Below, one piece after another: positions 29,230 to 44,784 of a DNA stretch of 64,000 nt. Each line of letters starts with the position of its first letter. Positions within the stretch are counted from its first letter, which is position 1. The stretch lies in the NCBI RefSeq assembly GCF_009914755.1, contig NC_060936.1, one strand, 5' to 3'. The stretch is from the human T2T-CHM13v2.0 reference genome, Homo sapiens. The position numbers were made by a program, and so were the translations under genes. The notes beneath the pieces are model-generated. The model saw nothing but the letters and a program-made list of their open reading frames with translations, had not been told where the DNA came from and did no database searches.

Positions 29230-31787
29230 CTAGAGGAAGGAGAAACGACACAAGATGACGTTTGTATCTCAGAAACCTGAAAAGCCTGCGATAATGCTGG
29301 GTGTAATGACATGTTATTCAAATGTGAGCAAACAAAAGAGAAACTTCAAATCTGTATGCTCAGTTTCAAAACTAATAAAGCCTCAATAGCAGTGGTGACT
29401 ATCTTAATTCATACATCTTTTCTAGGCCTAAAGTGAAACACTAAACAAAGATACTGTCCCTTCAGTGCTTCTGCTGACAAGCTGCTTTTCAGCCCCACTA
29501 CAGCTGTTTGGTGCAGGCTGCTGTGTATCAATTCCTCCTCTGCCTGCCATTTTCAGCCTTTTTCTATTCCTCCTTTTTACCACTGACTGATTTTTCTAGA
29601 GCAAAGTCTGATTATTTCATTCTCCTGCTTCAAAATCCTTCAATAGCTTCCCATTACCTAATAGGGAATACATAATCTGGCTCTTGTCTACCCACCTAGT
29701 TTCATCTTTTTAGACCATATACAGTAGAGCCAGCATTTGAGGACATCTGGAGAACTGTTTCATTTCTTGATGCTCTATTATCCCTAGTGACTGACCTCAT
29801 CTGTATGGTCCAAGATGCCATTTTCCCATGTCCATATTTCAAACAGTTGAATGGGGTAGGGGCAGAGGGAGGGTGGGGGAGGCAGTAAATCCTTCCTTAA
29901 AATACCTGACTGCAAAGTATAGCCTGTGGTCACACCTGGCTACAAAGGAGGCTAGAAAATGTGGTCTTTATTCTGGGTACCCACAAACTCAATTACTTCT
30001 ATTAGTATGGAAGAAGGGAAAAATGAATTTGGAGAAATCACTAGTAGTCTATGATACAAAAACTGAAATTAGCATGCATTTTGTTCAATTAAATATGTTT
30101 AAAACTAAATAATGTGGTTATTGTTTAGAATTTATTGGATTAATTATAACTTCCATTTTGAAAAAAATGTGTAATACAAATATTGATCTAATCTTTAGAA
30201 ATGTTTATAGAATCACTTCATGGGTATCCATTGCCAAAGAAATTACTGCCTCTCAGAACTCCTATGCGACAACTTACCCAAACAGTTCTTCATTCAGATT
30301 CTCCAATTCTTAAGAAAGTGCTTTTACATTTGCAATGTGATAATACTTTAAAAGACCTTCTGAGAGATTCTTTAGCCACTGAGACTTTTTGAAAGGATCC
30401 ATTTGGTTTCTCCCCTAACAGATAACAATGACTTCGTTGTACTGACCAGGAAAGGAGGCTCATTCTTCGCATGGGTTTTAAATTGGAACTCAGCTATTAA
30501 ATCATGACCTGTCAGGTAAATAAAGGAAGAAAGGTAAATAAAAGTCCTTTTCTCATTTATTAATATTCCTGCACATGGATTAGTGTAGTCAGGTTTTTAA
30601 TAACATTTTCACTGACAGTGAATCTTGATTTGACTTAAAAGGTCACTTAATATTTATCATTCCTAGCCACAAGTATAGGACTCTGAGTACAACAAAATTC
30701 CTTTTTTTTTTTACCTTCCCTACTAATGTAAAGAACCAGAACTGAAATCATCATCTTTGAAAATATGGTTGAAGTCAAAGATCTACCCGAAATGCAAATG
30801 TTTAAGTAGTTATGTCCCCGATATTAGCAATGACCTTGAACACTTTAGCCAAACACAGTAACTGTTCCTTAAATCATTAACTTACTTTGGATTCCTAATG
30901 TAACTGTGTTTGGTGATTTGGGTAATAGAATTTTGTTTTAAGTCACTATCTTTATTGGTATGATATACTTAAACTGGATTAGTTTGGATGTTATAGAAAT
31001 GAAACAAAACTCTGATAATACTTGGTATCTTCACCTCAAAATTGCTTTTCTAAAGATATTACATTTTTAAATATCTAGCAAAGAGCATTATAGGATGTTA
31101 GAACCAGAAGAAATCAAAATATGTGTTTTATTTTTCAAGTTATTTTGTAATTTGTACATATCTATATTTCTCACTTTATTTCTCTGTCCTATATGCAAAT
31201 AACTCTCAAACAAGTCCTCATTTGTAACACTGTTACCAATGAAGATTCCTAGCATAAGTCAATAATAACACTGGAGAATTTCAAATTCTTGAAGAAATTG
31301 GCTGGATATTGTATCTTTTGGAATTGGCTTAAGGCAAAGCTCATTACAACAGACTTAGTCAATAGATATGATATAAATTAACGAGGAACAAAATTCTGCC
31401 CATTTGTTCTCCTTAATCTGTGTTTAAATGCTTATCATTTTCCAAACACTTATTCTTGAATTTTAAAAAGAAAATTACAAGGTGTCATATGCCCTATTCT
31501 ATCTTTCTAAAGTACTATAAATTCCCCAACTACTCGCTGCATTTTTATCAGCAAATTCTTTTTAAATAAATTTTTCTGTCAATAGCAGTTAAAGTATAAA
31601 ATGTCTCCCTGGATGTATAATGTACTACCCACTAAGAGAAAAGGCCCACCTAAATTAAGAAATGGCTTCACAAAATGCTTACAAATTCACTCTTTGAACA
31701 CGTAAAAACAAACTGAATTTACAGAAATATTAACCTTTCTTTAATGTGGCTATAGCATGCAAATCATTAAAAAAAAAAGGCCATGTA

Positions 31788-32108
<321 letters not shown>

Positions 32109-32580
32109 TCAGAGTGTAAGCTTTACCACATATTGATCTGAGTGTGTAGAGAGAGATGACACAACAGATTATTAAAAGACTGATGATGGCAAGATTTAAT
32201 GACACCATAAACCCAGTGACAACTCCCATCCATTTTAAAAGAATTGCCCATGGATCTCAAGGTATTTAAGAAATATGAGACATTATATTGACTTTTTTCC
32301 AGAGAGGAACTGATGTTAACAGCTACTTAGAGATTTTAAAATTAAATACGTATATGGTAATGCAACAAATATTTATTAATATTTATGGAGCCAAGCGCTT
32401 TGAGATATTCAGTGGCAAAACAAAAAGATCCCTGCCTTCAAAGAACTTACAGTCTATCGGGGTAGACAGATGATACACAATGGATACAATAGATAATAAA
32501 TTATATTGTATGTAATAAGATTATATGGAGGAAGGAAAAGTAACACAGGGTAAAGCACATAGGAAAGACCAAGGTGAAAT

Positions 32581-33165
32581 GCTAAACATAGCATTACCAT
32601 ATGACCCAGAAATTCCATTGCTAAGTATATACCTAAAAGAATTTTTAAAAATATATATCTATACAAAATCTTGTACATAAATATTCACAGCTGCATTATT
32701 CATAATAGCCAAAAAGTGGAAACAATCCAAATGCCTATCAACTGATGAATGGATAAACACAATGGATCATATGTCTACAATGGAATAGTATTCTCAATAA
32801 ACAGGAATGAAGTACTAACATGTGCTGCAACATGGATGAACCTTGAAAACATTAAGTAAAACAAGCCAGACACACAAAAGGACAGATGAATATTGCATGT
32901 TTTCACTTATACATGGTACCTAGAATAGGCAAATTCATAGAGACAGAAAGTAGACTAGAGGTTACCAGGGGCTGGGGTAAGGAGAGAATGGGAATTTATT
33001 TTCTAAAGGATACAGAGTTTCTGTCTGGGATAGTAAAAAAAAGTTCTGGAAATGCAGAGCAGTGATGGTTGCTCAACATTGTGAATGTCCTTAATATCAC
33101 TGAATTATATCTTTTTAAACGGTCAAAATGATAAATTTTATGTATATTTTATCGCAATTTACTTT
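32581..33165 (+). mobile_element. L1MB-type 3' end
   Basis: ttaccatatgacccagaaattcc..aaaagtggaaacaatccaaatgcctatcaactgatgaatggataaac..gagacagaaagtagactagaggttaccagggg. Confidence 0.88.
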
Positions 33166-35999
33166 AAAAGGCACTAAAATCTGACTATTAAGATGCCTAC
33201 TAAGCAGTGAAATCCAGCTCACACCCAGCATCTTTGTTCTCTTTCTCCCATACCACACTGCCCCAGCAGCAGGCAGAAATTGGAGCCCTGCTCACAGTGA
33301 TTTCCCCGGTAGCCAGATCTGGGCATTGCCACTTGCCGTCATGGATATAAATGATTAATCCTGATCCAAGGGGGCCAAATTCCATCACCTCATAATCTGA
33401 AGTTTAACAAGAGGGACACTGAATACAGAAATTGCTCCATTCAAGTCATGTAAATGATGGGACCCAAAGAGTAGGTCCTGCTATTGAGATTCCCAAAGCA
33501 GCCCTAGGTTCCTGCCTCTCCTGATGCTCAGTTGTTGAGCTCATCATTTTATTTCTTGGAGCTCCTCCAGTATTCTCACAGTAAATTTCCTTCTTTCCGT
33601 AAGCTGGTCAGAGATGGTTTCTGTTCCTCACCAACAAAGAACGTTACTTCTAACACAGTTTTTCAATTCTTAAACTTCATCCATGTGGGCAAAGTGATAT
33701 CCAAGTATCCCCTGCTTTCCAAATCTTTAGAGCTTTTGAGATCAAATAGTAAGAATGAGGATAGCAAGGGATGCCTATAAATTATTTTCAAGAGTTCCAG
33801 GGCAATTCACTACAAGGTTTGCAAATAATTTAATTAAATGTGAGCTGCAACTTGAGTTGGTGAGTACTCTATTCTCTGAAATTTTTACAAATAATACACT
33901 TTGATTTGCCATTAGAAAATTAACAACTTTTAAACCAGTTTTGTTTTGGGTTTTTGTCAGGTTTTGTTTGCTTATCTGGTCATTTGAGCTCTCATCTTTA
34001 GTTCTGATGATCCATGTAAGTTTCCTACATAATGTGAAGAATCCTCTTTTCCTTAGTGATTATTTCATAATTAGTCATTACAGGATCTCAGAGAGCTAGA
34101 GAACTAGACATTACTTCACTAAAAATCTAAGTTTTCTCTAGGACTCTGTCGAGGAAATCTCTGGGATAATCAATATATAATAAAAGTCCAGCATTTTGTA
34201 ATCTGCACAAAGAAATTTTTATGATGATATTTGTACAGTGACTCAAACATCTCAGTGATAGATAGAACCTCATTAACACATAGTTGAATTCTAAGAATTC
34301 AGATTATGCATTGTTCACTTCCTTTAGTCTTCCCTGCATTCATGGGAATCTATCTATGGCTTTTTTAACATGTTAAAACACCAAAAGGAAAAGAGAGCGT
34401 GATGGACTCCATATATACCAGAAGGGTACTCTATACCAAATGGGAGACTCGTGTATGTGTGTGCTATATTAAGAACTATTAAAATAGTTCTTAATAGTTC
34501 ATTAAAATAGTTCTTAATAGTTCTTAATATCTGATGAAAAGTTGTCCATATTGCCAATGTTTCCAGGCATTTATAAAATTCTAATTAAGTTCATGATTCA
34601 TGAAGAAAAACTACTATGAAATACTAGGGATGGAAACAAATACAGGGAAAGGAGGTAAAAATATAATAGCCAAAGGCACTGGGTACTTCGCATAAATTTC
34701 TCCCAAGCAACTGCCAAGTTTCTTCCTGACTGGGCTTTATAGTACTAGCCTCATTATCTCAGGTCTCAGTAAATTCACCGCATGTGACAAGGATGGAATG
34801 CCATCTTATTCTCAGAGGATATGAACCAAGCTTAAACCTTATGGAAAATAAGCATAAAATAGGTTCTCAGATTATTTCTTCTGTCTTTGCATATCTCAAC
34901 AATATTGAATTGTTTGCTTTAGTTTTTTGGAGCTATTAAAATGGACAGTAAAATTTTACCAATTTTTTTAAATGAAAGAAAAAAGTACCAAGAATACATA
35001 ATCAATCATGGGCATAGATTTGAGACAAATATTCTAATGATCCTTCCAAGTTCAGCGAAAATGCCACCTCCTCCTTGAAGCTCCCGCCAGGTCATCCCAA
35101 TCAGGAGAGAAAGAATCTGACTCTTCTGACTTTCTGTGGTACTGTTTTAATCATCTTTTGGGCACTTGGAAAAAAACAAAAATTGCCTGACATTGCAGTT
35201 ACTCAATGCCAGTGTTACCTCCATTGCTAAAAAATTACTACAATAATTGCACAAATATTTATTAAACACCTACTATATACCAGCAATTTTGTCAGGTGCT
35301 GAGCATACAGGATTAAGAAGACAGTATCCATTCCTGACCTTGCAACATTTGCAACACTGAGAGCAAAAAAAGTGTCAAATGCCTTGATGTCTCCCACAGA
35401 TCCTAGCCAAGAGTCATACTACAAATTCGCAAAGGAAGATTAAGTTTTTCAGATAACAATTAAAGTAACAATTAATCCATTGAGATAATAATTAAAAACA
35501 GCTTAATATCTGGCATCTCTTTACACATATTGCCCGGCACACAGAAAGGGCTCAAGAAATATCTACTAAATGAATTAATGAGTCATTCTGAAGCATGCTT
35601 CAGCATAAACCACATCTCCAGGATAGTCACATGTGTCTTAATATGGACACATTTTCAATTGTATGATTAAAGTTTTGTCTAAAGAACCTGATATTTTAAC
35701 TTATTCTTAATTCAAGGTTGGAAATCTTTGGATAGGTTGGTATAAACTATGGTAACCCATTATTGATTTGAATTTTGAGAGAGCTAATCCATCTATTTCA
35801 AAGATAGTCAATAAAAACAGTTGATTAAATTTCAATTACACACACACACACAAATCTCCTCAAAAACTAACACTATAGAAGTTGACTCAAGCAATAAAAG
35901 TTTCATAGTGAGTACTAAGATTACTAAAATGAACAAGTCAGCCATGCTAAAATGCATACTTCTTAACATGTGTCAATAGACTTCTAAATTAAAAGACTA

Positions 36000-36363
36000 C
36001 CAATACTCTTCAACTTACAATGGGGTAACATCCCAATAAACCCATTGTAAGTTGAAAATATTCTTAGTCAAAAATTCATTTAATACACCTAACCTACCAA
36101 ACAACATAGCTTAGCCTAACCTTCTTTACGTGTTCTCAGAACACTTACGTTAGCCTACACTGGGCAAATACAAAGCCTATTTTGTAATAAAAGTGTTGAA
36201 TATCTCATGTAATTTATTGAATACTATACTGAAAGTTGAAAACAGAATGGTTATTTGAGTACTCTAATATGGTTTCTACTGAATGAGTATTACTTTTGCA
36301 CCATCATCAAGTTGAAAAATTGTAAATCAAACCATCAAACCATTGTAAATTGGTTATCATCTG
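36000..36363. mobile_element. Non-autonomous Tc1/mariner-Tigger DNA transposon (MER47A-like)
   Basis: caacttacaatggggtaacatcccaataaacccattgtaagttgaaaat..catagcttagcct; about 365 bp, TA-flanked. Confidence 0.75.
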
Positions 36364-36952
36364 TATACATTTACTACATGAGTTAAATCAACCAACTTAA
36401 TTGCTCAGCATTACTGGTCAGACAAACATTTTTTCCACAATACACCTTAAAATATCAATAATAACCAGGAAAAAAAATTTCATGGTAATTATATGACTGT
36501 CTATTTCAGTAATAACAGTTTCTCAGTTTGTGGTTTTCCTCCACTGACCATAACTAGGAAAATAATTTATTTATGCTTTTTAATGTAAATATTGTTGATT
36601 AACAGTAATAAGAAATTGAAGAGTCCTTAAAAACCATTTTAGTTAACTTTCCTGGCTATAAAAGTAATAGATGTTTAATTTAAAACCATACATAAAACTG
36701 GGAAATACAGAAGAAATAAAAATTGAAATTAAAATCATCTACATACTCACCATAAAGGGTCAACCACTGCTAATATGCTGTTCTATTTTCCATATATATT
36801 GTTTTGAATATTTTTTATTAAAATTGTGGTTTTCTAAAGCTATATATTTTTAAACATTCCCATCAAAGTCATCATGGGAGTAGAAACATGACACCAAAAA
36901 ATGCCATCAATACATTCAAAAGGCACAGTTTTATTCATTAAATAAGTGAATG

Positions 36953-37258
36953 GGCTGGGCGCAGTGGCTCACACCTGTAATCCCAACACTTTGGGAAGCC
37001 AAGGCAGGTAGATCACCTGAGGTTAGGAGTTTGAGACCAGCCTGGCCAACATGGCAACACCCTATCTCTACTAAAAATACAATAAATTAGCCGAATGTGG
37101 TGGCGCACACCTGCAGTCCCAGCTACTCCGAAAATTGAGGCACAGGAATGGCTTGAACCCAGGAGGCAGAGGTTGCAGTGAGCCAAGATCACGCCACTGC
37201 ACTCCAACCTGGACGATAGAGCAAGACCCTGTCTCTGAAGAAAATTAAAAAATAAAAA
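36953..37258 (+). mobile_element. AluS (Sx/Sz-like)
   Basis: Full-length dimer; TSD AAATAAGTGAATG. Confidence 0.92.
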
Positions 37259-38121
37259 TAAGTGAATGAACAAATGAACGATCATTAAAATTTCATGTCT
37301 GGTTATAACGCAGTGATCTATTACCAAGTTCTGATATTTTAAAAACCATAAAATTCACTGTTATTATAGCATAAATCGGTCATAAAAGTCCACTGTTAAT
37401 TCTTTTATATTTATATATGAAGACCCTCTGCCTGGAATTTAAGTTTTAAAGTTTGAGTCTATAGTATTCTGTCTATATTCTCTAAGTTATCTACACACTA
37501 TCTGCATGAGAACAGTTACAAAAAAAAAAGTGTCATTGTGAAAAGCGCTACCTGTGCACAAAGAAAATGGCTCTGTTCCACCTAGAATAAAGCCAAGCAG
37601 TTACCTCTGACTTCTATCAAAGCCAAGCCATCAGGGCTCTTGAGGAGGGGTGGTTGTTTACTTGACTGAGCTCTCATTGCCAGAGGGGGCTGAAAAGCTG
37701 TTATGGTATTTATAGAATGACTTTTAGGTTTAAGAAATAGTCACCCTTTCAGCTTAAAATATACTTTATGTTCACCACTTCAGAAACTCTCTTTGTACTT
37801 AATTTCAAGTTCCACAACATCACACTTCTAACACTTAGACTTTCCAAAACAACTCAGTATTCAAGCTTCTGTCATCTTCTTCCTCCACAGTGAACACACA
37901 TGCAAATGTCCAATGGACTTTTAGATATATTTATCACATTATCATATGCCTTAGCCAAAACAAAGCTAAGCTTATATGCCTGGTTATGGCAGGAAACAAC
38001 AGCCATCATTTGGAAGAGTTCTGTTTGGAAGATACTAAACATCTTATACAAAAATAAAAGTTAACTATAACCATTCCAAGCTTCATGTACAAACTCCCCA
38101 CTGATCAAAAAGTCCTATTGA

Positions 38122-38246
38122 GGCTGGGTGTCATGGCTCACACCTGTAATCCTAGAACTTTGGGAGGCTGAGGTGGAGGGATCGCTTGAGCCCAGGAGTT
38201 CAGGGTTGCAGTGAGCTGTGGTCAAGCCTCAAGAAAAAAAAAAAAA
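38122..38246 (+). mobile_element. Short monomeric or rearranged Alu
   Basis: Left-arm start joined to ggttgcagtgagct, then an A-tail; TSD AAAAAGTCCTATTGAG. Confidence 0.8.
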
Positions 38247-41200
38247 GTCCTATTGAGGAAAATATTTTTAAAACTGTAATAAGAACAGCATAATTAAATA
38301 AGATAAATCAAATCTACAACTATTTAAACATCAAAATGTTTAGCAGGAAAAAAGATCAGGAAGAGAAATTTGAGGGACTATAATTGGGAATAGTAAAATG
38401 TAAACAGTTACACAGTCTCATTCTTCTAAGGAATTAAGTCAGAATTATAAACTGTGTGACCCCCTCCCTATCACCCTACCAGACATCCATCCCTGAACAT
38501 GGAAACAAAGGAATGGAAAAGTTAATTGCATTGGCCAAAATCAAGCAGGAAGTAAAAATAAGGGCTCCAATCCTCTGTCACTCTGACTAAGAGACTATGA
38601 TGATGATGCTTATGATGCTTTGAAGTCAGCGCATCAATTGGTAGTCACCTGATAGTTACTGAGACCTTAACTTCTAGGTGTTGGTTCTGAGGCGATCCTG
38701 AGAAGAAACCTCAAGGCAAAGGTGGCTATCACTTAAACATACATATACAGATGTACACACACACACACATATACACACTTTTCATTTACGAACCCCTCAA
38801 CCATGCCGAGAACAGCCAAGGAAGGACCGATGCACCTTACACTGATTCTACTATCCCACTATCCCAAGAATTCTGCTATGCTCAGTCCCTACTCTGTGGT
38901 ACCTGACCATTGGTCAAGTTGACGTACACAGAAATGTGAATATCTGTTGTCATCAGATGTGGCAGCAACAAGAAAGACAAATCCTAGTATAGAAAAAATG
39001 GAAGGAGGAGAAAGGGACAATCAACACTACATTTGAAAGTGGACAGCACATCCCAAGACTCCCTCCTTCACCTTTAAAAGAGACACAAAAACTATAACCT
39101 TAAGACATGCCAGTAGAAAATAAAAATAGTTTATTTAAAATAGATTCACCATCTTCGTCCAATAGGATTTAAAGCAATTGTCCATAAGTCAATACAAGTA
39201 TTTCTTAAATTGATTCTTTAGATGAAAATTTAAATTAGGAAATACAAAGCAGGCCCCTTTGCACTTACACGGAGAAAAGAACAATAAACTCGGAGAAAAG
39301 AACAATAACTGTAACTCGGCTTGCAACAATTCAAGATTCAGAAACATCTAGTAAATACAGGTAAAGGATAATGGGGAAAAAAAGGAGAAATGCCAATCTT
39401 TGCAACTAGGGCATTCAAATTTTGCACAAACAGACTGATAAATCAACCTGAGAAGCTGGGCCACTAAGCCTAAGAAAATCCTCCCACATCTCCAGTCAGA
39501 GGGGCCTCCAAGAGAGGTCCGGTAAACTCAAATATAGTGAAACTCCATGACTTTTCCAGCTGAAAAATTCATTACCTTATGGCAGAAATTCCCAGCAACT
39601 ACACAATAACAATGTATATCATCCAAAACTTATTTACATGCTAAACATTGAAATCAAACAAGATTTATTTGCAAATAAATGTCTATTCATTATCTTGAAA
39701 TACTGTGTAAACTCAGTTCTCATTAAACACCTTGCTAAGCTGACTTTGAAAAAACATCATGCTACTAGCCATCATGCATGGCTGAAGAGCTAAAATGGAA
39801 ATCAAAAACTTTTAGTCTAATTTTTAGCTCCCCCGTTGCGTTTTTAATATGACAGTGGAATAAATTGTCACTAAATATATACAGTGTCAATGTCTCCAAT
39901 CTGATTCACTTTAACAATTCGTACGCCTTTGAAGAAAATGTGCAATTTGACATGCAAAAATATAAGCATAATGTAGATTTTCCTAGCAATTTTCTAAAAA
40001 AGAAATCTTTTCTTTCTGTCTCTATCACTTGTTTTTATAATACCCCCAGGGGGATGGGCCACAGCATCTTCTCTCCTTCTTAGTTTTCAGGAAGACATAC
40101 TGACATGAAAAAAGAATAAACGATAGGAACAAGGCCATATGGCTAATTAGCAGCAGACCTGGAGCAACAGACCTCCAACTAACAGAAGAGAAAGAAAATT
40201 CAACTAGAGAGATGCACTCTGTCTTTGAAGCAGAAAGTGTACAAATAATGACCCCACAACAAGACAATGAGAAATCACAACTACCACTCTGCTTTGGTTT
40301 CATAGCCCTAAAACCAACTTGCAAAATAAAATATCTACCAATTGTACTCCGAGGTAAAAAATAGGGAGTGCTACCCCTACATGTACCTAGATAAGATTTC
40401 ACGTGGCACAGACATATGTTCCCATGAGTTTTATAATTCCTAAAAATCTGAGCCCAATGTGATTCCACAGCCTTAAGAAAGTACTAAAACCAAGCATGAC
40501 GGACCATTAAAAAACTGCAATGTCACAGACAGAAAGCAGAGGGAACAAAATCATGAATCAGTCTGACTTCTCAGGATAAAAGCATCAGATGTTATATTCC
40601 ATGGCCTTAATTAAGCCATTATGAAATTAAATGGGATTATTTCTCAATAGCTGAAACTTTTTCACCCCGAATTTTAGGAAATTATTTTATTTATGGATTC
40701 CCAACCTTGAAAACCACCCACATGTTAATAAAAATCGATGAGATGAGTGCAAAATACATCAGTTTAAATTAGGATAAAGTAGCTTGGTTTACTTATCAAA
40801 GCCAAAAGTCAGTTTTAGCATCTTATCTAACAACTGCCACAGAAATACATACTCTGATGGCTGGAGGTACAGAGTAGAGGACCGCAAGGAGCCGTGGGCA
40901 AACCTACAGCCCTGGGCACAAGAGCCACATAGTTTTGTTGAGATGGAAGACCTATGGTCAGGAAAATAAATTCACTTCTTTCTTCCTAAGTTTCCTCTTC
41001 TCTCTTATATGAATTTTAAATGTAATTCTTAGAAGAATAGCAAATGAACAGCATGGTTTCTTTAGAAATTAAATGAGCCTTTTTCAATGACGTGCCAGAT
41101 GCTTTCTGAAAGCAACTTTCAAGTGTTTGCAACATTATTTGCATATCCCACATACAGCAGAATTTGGAAATGTTCATTAATAAGATAATGATTTCAGGTT

Positions 41201-41342
41201 TAATTTTTTGATATTCCCAATTTTTTATTATAAAAAAAATTAACGCTTTCTGCACTGCCCTGTTTTCAAAGTAGAAAACTGCTATATTTTTATGCATCAT
41301 AAAAATTTGATGCACATTTGTCAAATGAGATTTCATAGCACC

Positions 41343-42240
<898 letters not shown>

Positions 42241-42814
42241 TAGAATCTAGCAGCACGAAGGCTTTGTCATATTAACTTCAACAAGACTCAGTTCATTAAT
42301 AGAAAAACAATATATTGCACAAATGCATACTAAGGAAGCTCAACCTTCAAAACACCAACAAAAAAGTTGAATACAAATCAGAGATATTTACACAAATGTA
42401 TATTGTACATTAAAGGTTAGTCTAGCTTATTTTTCTCAAGGTTTAAAGATTATTATGTATAACCAAAGAAAAGCACTCTTGGCTGGGAATCTGGAGACAG
42501 GATTAGGTTCCAGGTTTTGGCATTAATGCCCTCTGTTTCCTGGGTTAGTCACTTCATTTCTCTTAACCTCAATTCCTAATCTCTAAAATGATCAGGGTCG
42601 ACTCCACAACTGTCAAACTTGTAGCTTCCTGATATGCCATCTATATAGTCCTTCTGGTATTTGTTTTATAAGTTATCCATAAGCATACATTTGCTGAATT
42701 AGACACTAAAAAAAAGTTCTTTTCTTTGTCTAGGTTTTATACTCTATTCCTAGTCCTTGTTATTATTTTGTCCACAAATATAACTATGGCTCACCGTCAC
42801 CAAGGCAATGATAA

Positions 42815-43065
42815 TTACTACAATAGCTAACACATCAGTGCTTATACTGTGCCAGGTACCATGCTACTCACTTTACATATATTAATCTCTTCTTCCTCAC
42901 CACAACCCTATGAGGTAGAAACCATGCCTATTCCCATTTGTAGAACTGAGGAGACAGGGGCACAGAGTTTATGTAACTTTCCCAAGGTCATAAGGTTTAC
43001 AAGTGGAAGCGCCAGAATTCAAACCCCAAGTATTCTGTCCATGGAACCCCCTCTGCTTAACTACT
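42815..43065 (-). mobile_element. MIR
   Basis: ctcaccacaaccctatgaggtag..aacttcccaaggtcata-type MIR motifs. Confidence 0.8.
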
Positions 43066-43674
43066 ACATCACACACACACACCTGGAGAGTCTACGGAGG
43101 GTGAAGAGCAGCAGAGTCCACCTGCAAAATGTTGCTGGAGGCCCAGAAACTGAACTTGTATCATGAATGATCTCAAAAACAGTGGTAGCTCATGATTCAC
43201 AAACCCAGCAGAAGCGCTTGGCACTAACGTGTTTTTCCTACCACGCTTTAGTTGCATAAGAAAGTAACACTGATGGAAAAGGGATTGAATTAAATCTACC
43301 TCCCTTCTTTCACTCATTAGGGGGAATGCACAAGTAACAGGAACTGTGGAAGTACTGGTGACTTCCACGTCCCAGTGCTTGGTAGGCAGCAGTCCGTTAT
43401 AACACAGCTCGAAGTCACTGTCCCGGGTCGTTGCAGGTTAAGTCATCTGCCCCAAAGCCTAACAGCTGAAAACAGTAGCCAGACAGGAGTGGAAACACCA
43501 GTTCCACAGCCTGAAATGTAGGGCGGGGGGACCTAAGTGTTGAAACAACGAGGTAACAAAAAATTTCCTGTGCATCAAAATATACTGCAGCGTGCAATTA
43601 AACTGCACACTGCTATTCCCAATCAGAACAGAGAAAACAAGGAAGTCCTATTTAACCATTTGGCACACTGTTTT

Positions 43675-43885
43675 ATATATAAATATATATATATATTCTA
43701 CATAAAATATATAAATATATATTCTACATAAAATATATAAATATATATTCTACATAAAATATATAAATATATATTCTACATAAAATATATAAATATATAT
43801 TATACATAAAATATATAAATATATATTATACATAAAATATATAAATATATATTATACATAAAATATATAAATATATTAATATATA
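43675..43885. repeat. 26-bp AT-rich minisatellite, about 7.5 copies
   Basis: TACATA recurs at 43699, 43725, 43751, 43777, 43803, 43829 and 43855. Confidence 0.95.
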
Positions 43886-44692
43886 TTTCCCTCATTCATA
43901 AACATATATACATATATGTGTATATATATATATATTTTTCCCCCCATTCAACTCGAATCTCAAGAACTCTTCACTTGGCTAAATTCCAAGAGAGGCTCAG
44001 CATTTCAGTGGGCCAAGGCCTGGGAAGGAGAGATAGCAGGTCTGAGTTCTAGAACCCAGGAAGCCCTCAGAGACGTCCAAGGGCCACAGCGCTGCAGATG
44101 CCCCTAGGGCTGCCCAGGCCAGTGGGGCGAGTCCTGGTTCGGCAAGGCCAAAAGGAAACTGCTCCAGCGAAGAGGGGACGGTGAGCTCCTCCCGCAGGAC
44201 AACGCCACACTTTGGCTCACCACATCGCTTGAGTTTCATGTCCAAGGCCACGGACTTTTATCGACTGCTCTTTCAAACCCGGCACTGAGAGACCAGGGGC
44301 TGAGGACGGTAGCGAGAAACGGTGGAAAAGGGGGGTGTTTTGTTTTACCTTCCAGGGAAAACAAGCACACATTTTAATCAAAACAACCCAGGGAGAAGCC
44401 AGCGAAGACCTCTTCGCCGGGCCCGTCTCCGGGCTTCTGAATCACTTCCTCCTTTCTGATGTGTCTCTGAGCTTGAGATTACGAAGTTGCTGAGAAAGTC
44501 TTGCCTCTCAGGGCAGCTTCCTGCGAGCGGGCGAGCGAGAGAGCGGAGCGCACGGCGCTGTCCGCGGGCGCCGACCCTGCCCGGCCGGGCCACCACGCGC
44601 GGCAGCGGGAGGACCGGGCGGCGGAGGAGGGACAGGGACTGGTTCCCAGGACCCGGAGCGCGAGCGCTGCCCAGCCCTCGTCTCCCGCTTAC

Positions 44693-44784
44693 CCCAAGGT
44701 GCTGATGAAGCCGTTGACCGAGCCCTCCGCGTACAGGGACACGATGTCCCCTATGTAGAGGAAGCTGGACATTTTCTCAGTCAT
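44693..44784 (-). CDS. ITPR2: ITPR2 coding exon 1 (92 nt CDS, codons 1-30 plus 2 nt of Gly31)
   Basis: Minus strand translates [30 protein letters not shown](G), the IP3 receptor type 2 N-terminus. It ends at a canonical donor TTGGG|GTAAGC. An in-frame TGA at 44793-44791 lies just upstream of the ATG. Confidence 0.98.

Noticed and set aside
39270-39318. 21-bp tandem duplication CGGAGAAAAGAACAATAA
   Set aside because: Ordinary slippage duplication.
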